Positions 58,512-64,000 of a stretch of 64,000 nt of DNA are shown in pieces. The position numbers and the translations under genes were made by a program. The notes under the pieces were generated by a model. It was given only the letters and a program-made list of their open reading frames with translations. It did not search any database and was not told where the DNA came from. The stretch's first letter is position 1. Every line of letters begins with the position of its first letter. This stretch comes from Obrimoposthia wandeli (taxonomy: Eukaryota), in contig CDROCS010005437.1 in assembly GCA_977020255.1 (NCBI GenBank), forward strand, positions 1 to 64,000. The letters are read 5' to 3'.

Positions 58512-61500
58512 CACGCTGAAGCTGGCGTGAGACAGCATCTTGCTGCCCTCGCGAATCCAGTATCCGCCAGGAATTCGTCTAATCCAGCTTCATCCAAGGC
58601 CCTCTTCAAGTTCTGGCTGGTGTTTGGACGAGGATAAGCCAAATTTTGGCTGATGCTTAATGGAGCCAGTGCAGTTTCCTGCAGGCGTCGTTGACTGGGA
58701 GGCAGACTAATCTCGATCGGAGAGACTGGTATCCTCTCGTACAAAATTGGCCCGTTGTCCACTGGAGATTGGAGAATATCCTGCCGACCAATCACCGCCT
58801 CAGAAGAATTGAGCATTGTGGTGCGACATTTTCTCGAGCACTTTGTCTTCCGCACCTCTGCTTGCTTCGTCCGTCTCTGCAGGAAAGGAAAGATTTCTCT
58901 CCATGTCTCCTCCAATATCTGGACTGGTTCCTGTAAAAAACTTCAATAAAATTTAAACATATAAATTATTTACCTCAATGACCGGCAGGTTAGCCTGTTT
59001 TACCAACTTGGCCTTCTTCCTGTGGACCGTCTGGGTTTTGACCCGATGACGTCGCGGTTTCCTAACCGCCGTTTGCTTCCTATCCACCGGTTGAATAGGC
59101 GTCGCTTCTTCGAGAAAAATCTCCATCTATGTGAATTATTAAATTTAATATCTAATTTAAAATAATTTACCGTGATATTATCTGGATACGCTAGGTATCG
59201 GAACTCACTCCATGGCAGCTCCTGGCTGCATTGAGTTGCCAAGTATTGTGATTCTTTCAGCCTCTCGACCGTGGTCACTGACAGTGTTATATGCAGTTGA
59301 AGTTTCTGAAAATGAAATTAAAAAAACATTTGAAATAAATTAAGTCTAATCATTCGTTGTCTTTATTCTCCGAACTGCTCGCATCGAAGATTGCAGCCTT
59401 CTGAATGGTTCAGTCGCCGTATTGTCTGTTGTCGGAGTTAGAGGAAGCCTCGTTGTCGTTCAATTCTGTCACTATTGACTCGTTTGTGGCTGGGGCTCCG
59501 ATACTTGGCTGGATCCATTCGTCTCAAATGGAGTCAAATCCTCATCTTGATCCGACGGTACCCCATCACTGAATAGCTCCTCAACAGAGTCCGGTGCGAG
59601 GACTATCTCCGGCTGAGTCAGCGGGAACAATTTCTAGGGGCGTTTGGTTGCCGCCTTGAAATTGTCAAAAAGATTGGATCTCCTTGCTGCTACTGCCAAA
59701 GTTGCTGGACGAGCAGTTTCTGTATTCTACCGGGGAGTACAGTCTTCCCAATTCTCAATTGAATCCTGACTTGTCAGGTCGATATACTGGGATCTCTCAC
59801 CCATTGGTTCTTCTGTCAGAGTTGTGCTAGCCAATGATGCTTATTCTTCCAACAGCTCCGCTCTTGCTGCTGCTTCTTCGCTAAGTAAATCAATGTACTG
59901 CGACGGTGGTGATTTTCTCTGCTGTACTGGAGACAGATTCCCATACAGTTGAACTTCCATCTCTTCATCTAAGTCGACATTATTGTAGAAAGGCATTCTG
60001 TTGATTTTATATACACAAACATCAGACTAACCCTCCTTTATCATCCAATGAGAGCGTCTTATTTAAATAATTTATTTGAAAATCCATAAGCTTTTCTCAA
60101 GTTTTTACTACGTTTGAATGCGAGAATGTCATTGGATAAAAAATTATTAGAAAATTTTACTTCGAAAATTTTGTTGGCTGAGTTCAATGAGAGTGAATTA
60201 TTAAAATAATTTATAGTTTTTGTCTAAGTATGTCCCAATAATTTATTTAAAAGATGAGTTAAAAATAGACTATATGAATTCGTAATTTATAGTGATATGA
60301 CACCATATATACATGTGTAGTTGTAATAGGGAGAGGGGGTATGAGTAGATGAATAAAGTAAATGAAAAATACTGTAGCGCCCGGAGGGCTCGAATTGTGG
60401 TTGCCCCGAGGAGCATATTGTGGCAGAGGGAGAGGCCCCAAAGGGGGAGGGTGCGGCAGAGGCCGTTTGTTGCTTTTTTAAAAATTATTTTCAAAATTTC
60501 AATCCACACACATACACAAAATTTTACTCCTCACACATGCACGATTTTAAAGGACAGAAGTAGACCCCTCAAGGGGGAAGGGGATGGGGTGGATTAGACC
60601 AGACACATCCACCTACTTCAGGCCTATAGTTTAAACTACACAGACCATACAAAGGGCCGTACAAATAGATACAGACAACCTCAACAAACTTGAAAGTGAT
60701 CAATGAAGAAATCAGGAACAAATAACCAATGATTCTACTTGCGAACCAATGTAAACTGGTACCAAACATTGATAACGCATCACGATATGAACTGAGAACA
60801 CAGAAATTGAACCCAAATACTAATACAATTAAACTTACACGATTGGTAAGCGATAAAAATTACATAAATGTGAAGACCGACAGAAATAATTCGAAACCAA
60901 TGAGAATTGGTATACTCAGGATGAAGCACCAAGAAGAAAGAGAAGTCATCAGACACATTGCACAACAAAATATATTACAAGAAGACGAAGAGATCGTCGT
61001 CATGTTTGAAAGAACACAACCAACTGATGTGGCAAAATAAGTTATTTTGAAAGACGCATTAACAAAAGAATTCTTGTGTGAACTTAAAGTGTCATATTTT
61101 GATGGAAACACATTAGTAGCGGAACTTCATAAAAATTAAAATGTGTTTACGACTGAGAAAGTAATCGTAGAAATCTCATTAACACCAAACATAATTGTAT
61201 GGCAGAACTATGATAGTACTGAAGTAGGACTAGTCAGTCAGTAGGAGAAAGAACTGACTGGTGGTCATATACTTCATGGAACACCAAAAACTCAGACAAA
61301 AATATTATGATGTAATACTGGTATTGCATAACACAGGAAAAAAAAAAAGAAGTTTTGTACAATAAATTGACTTGTAAACATAATATATTTTTGCATATTT
61401 TCAGTTTAATATGTTGTAAGTTATTCGAACTTGTGTACTTGTACAAAATTTGTAAATATTTCAATAATTAAAAGCGATATAAATGTTAATCATCAAATAA

Positions 61501-61857
61501 TAAATAAATAAAAAGTAGATAAAATAATTAATTCCATATATAATCCCTTTAAATTTAAAAATCTCATAATGTTCCCAAAATTCTGATTAAGGTCCTGAGA
61601 GGCCGTCAAATTGGCCAAAGCGTGCCCTCCGGGCCCGCGGTGGATCAACGAGCAATACATACATACAGGCTCGCGAAAAAAAAATTCCTTATAAGAATTT
61701 ATATCCATACATATATACAAGGTCGTAAAAAAAAATTTCTTTATAAGAATTTATAAGAAAGATACATATATAGGGTTGCAAAAAATTTTAAATAATCAAC
61801 TACATAAATTCGAAATAATTTTCATTTTTATTTGGTGAGTCATCAAATTAGTCATCA

Positions 61858-62032
61858 TGACCTTAAATGATCTCGACCTCATGATGACCTAGACAACTTT
61901 GTACCCTTGACCTCATGATGACCTAGACAACTTTGTACCCTTGACCTCATGATGACCTTAAATGACCTTGACCTCATGATGACCTGTAATGACCTCATTA
62001 GGTCATGACCTTAACTTGACCTTAAATGACTT
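61858..62032. promoter_or_regulatory. array of TGACCT/AGGTCA nuclear-receptor-type half-sites
   Basis: 12 exact TGACCT, 1 AGGTCA and 3 one-mismatch copies in 175 bp. Function is inferred, not shown. Confidence 0.5.
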
Positions 62033-62412
62033 CATAATTTTTTTTATACCATCCAAACATGTACAGTCAAAAAAATATTACTAATTTAAATCCAAAGATA
62101 TACATGTATTCAAACATCAACAAAATTTAAGAAAATATCATAAATTCTTTGAATAATATGTTTTCATTGGAGGTTAAACTTAAGCAACAAAATCTTAAGA
62201 AAATAGTTATATTTTCGAATAAAATATGTTTTATCCAATGACATTCCAGCATTCAAACGTAGTTAAAAAATTTAGAAAGGCCTACTGATTTTCAAATAAA
62301 TTATTTGAATAACCCGCTCTCATTGGAGGACAAAAGAGGGCTAGTCTACTGTTTTTTGTATATAAGGAAACCTCTTTTCATTATTTTTCATAAATCAAAA
62401 TCAAAATCAAGA

Positions 62413-64000
62413 ATGCCATTCTACAACAACGTTGACCTAGACGAAGAGGCGGAGGTTCAGCTGTATGGGGATCTATCTCCAGTACAGCAGCGAACACCAC
62501 CTCCGGCGCAGTACATTGACTTACTTAGTCAAGACTCGTCGGTGGTGAGCGAAGGAGACGAAGGAGAAGCAGCAGCAAGAGCGGAGCTGTTACAAGAAGA
62601 AGCACCATTGGCCAGCTCAACTCCAAGAGAAGAACCAATGAGCGTGCGAGGTGGGGTACAGAGATCCCAATATATCGATCTGACTAGTCGGGATTCGATA
62701 GAGAATTGGGAAGACTGTACTCCTAGGTTGAACAAAGCCAATCATCCGGCAACTTCAGCAGTAGCAGCAAGGAGATCCAATCTCTTCGACAATTTTGAGG
62801 CGGCAATCAAATGCCCCTGGAAATTGATCCCGCTGTCTCAACCGGAGATAATACTGGCACCAGACTCAGACTCAGAGCTGTTTACTGATGACGTTCCGTC
62901 GGATGGGGAGGAGAAATGGATACAGCCAAGTATCAGGCCCTGAGCCAACGAGTCCATGGTTGCAGAATTGGATGAAGATGAGTGGGATCTGTTCATCGAC
63001 GAATGGGATGGTTTCACTCCCTCTACAACTCCGACTCCGATACCCGACAATGCAGTGCCTGATCCATTCAGAAGGCCACAATCTCCGATACGTCCTGTTA
63101 GGAGAATAAAGGCGACGAATGAGGTTAGAAATCATTTATTTAAAATGTTTTTTAATTTTATTTTCAGAAACTGCAACTGGATTTGGCACCGTCAGTGACC
63201 ACGATTGAGAGGCTAATTGAACCGCAATACTTAGCGAGTCAATGTAGCCAGGATGATCCCAGGAGTGAGCAGAGATACCAACCGACTCCGGATAAAATTG
63301 AGGTAATTATTATAAATTAGTAAATTTATTTAATTATTCACTTAGGAAGCCGAATTGGTGGAGGAAATTTTGGAGGAGGCAACTCGGAGACTACCCGTCA
63401 ATAGGAAGCAAGCGGCAGTTAAGAAACCTCGACGCCATCGGGTCAAAACCAATACGGTCCATCGGAAGAAGGCCAAGTTGGTGAAACAGGCTAAACTGCC
63501 CGTCATTGAGGTAAATTATTTATATGTTTAAATTTTATTAATGTTTTTTTGTTGCAGGAACCAATACAATTAACTGAGGAGACATGGGCCCAAATTTATC
63601 CTTTCCGCAGAAACGAACGAGGTGGGCTGCTGTACGGAAGACACGGCGTCTTAGAAAGGCGAAATCCTGTCTGCTCAAATCGAGCGAAGTAACGATTGAG
63701 CGGCAGGAAAAACTTCCGTATACGAGTATTGAGGTAAAACTTTAGATATTTAAATATTTTTTTATATGAATGTATTTTATTAAAAATTTTAATAATGTTT
63801 TTCTGCAGGAACCTGTCCGGATAATTGAGGAGGCTTGGGGAGAAATGACTCCCTTTCCCAAGAAACGGACAAAGAGGTGAAGAAGACGAGGCGCTCGAGA
63901 AAATGTAAAACCTCAATTGGCCATTATTCTGAGGCGGTGATTGGACGGCAGGATTTATACGAGAGGATCCCAGTCTCACCGATCGAGATAAGTCCGCCCT
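62413..64000 (+). pseudogene. A3 copy of the SIM/AT-hook spliced gene
   Basis: YIDLLSQDS, YIDLTSRDS, EWDLFIDEWDGF; introns 63124-63167, 63303-63345, 63511-63557, 63734-63808; frameshifts present. Confidence 0.8.

Larger units (their letters stand above)
42591..59996 (-). pseudogene. A2 copy of the SIM/AT-hook spliced gene, split by the family B insertion
   Basis: ATG at 59996 with homologous exons down to 58512; the last exon resumes at 42859 (KKPGRPKKYKE...DDFV*). Confidence 0.8.
38874..60617 (-). mobile_element. Polinton family A, copy A2 (one end truncated, interrupted by family B)
   Basis: Inverted homology to A1 at 38874-42865 and 58512-60050; TIR ending ...GACACATCCACCTACT at 60617; no second TIR or TSD found. 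Confidence 0.9.
61525..64000 (+). mobile_element. Polinton family A, copy A3 (TIR missing, runs off the window)
   Basis: Subterminal homology to 25200-25350 at 61525-61670; about 630 bp absent from A1; then homology to 25345 onward. Confidence 0.85.

Noticed and set aside
60618-61330. ORF 60729-61040 and related A-rich coding-like DNA (also 38160-38870)
   Set aside because: Probably a decayed retroelement, but no domain could be recognised, so it is left unassigned.
1-64000. Host species assignment (e.g. flatworm)
   Set aside because: AT-richness and short introns are suggestive but not diagnostic; no marker gene is present.

Overview
AT-rich animal genomic DNA with short GT-AG introns (about 36-75 nt) and no prokaryotic signal; I cannot name the host species. 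The window is almost entirely decayed mobile DNA plus one host gene. 1-6 kb: an unclassified retroelement-like repeat family with two frameshifted RING-finger genes and a palindromic repeat/spacer array. 6.7-9.2 kb: pogo/Tigger and piggyBac-like remnants. 9.4-21.6 kb (minus): a spliced host Delta/DSL-like EGF membrane-protein gene whose introns hold a 3.4-kb 28/29-bp satellite plus Tc1/mariner and LINE remnants. 25-64 kb: a cluster of Polinton/Maverick (adintovirus-like) elements from two families, plus nested hAT transposons. Family A (AGTAGG termini) has three copies. A1 (25047-34366) has both TIRs and a 6-bp TSD, and besides pPolB, integrase, ATPase and a penton fragment it carries an intron-containing TBP-like gene and a spliced SIM/acidic/AT-hook protein gene. 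Copy A3 has a dense TGACCT array upstream. Family B (42866-58511, 15.6 kb, TSD CACGCT) is inserted inside copy A2. It has a near-complete virion gene set, a zinc finger-PLA2 ORF running into the integrase, and ACACA...TGTGT termini that each fold into a roughly 50-bp-stem hairpin. All pPolB copies lack motifs B and C, so none is autonomous. The best candidates for new biology are the TBP-like transcription module of family A and the hairpin-ended family B element. All protein calls come from motif recognition by eye, without database searches.
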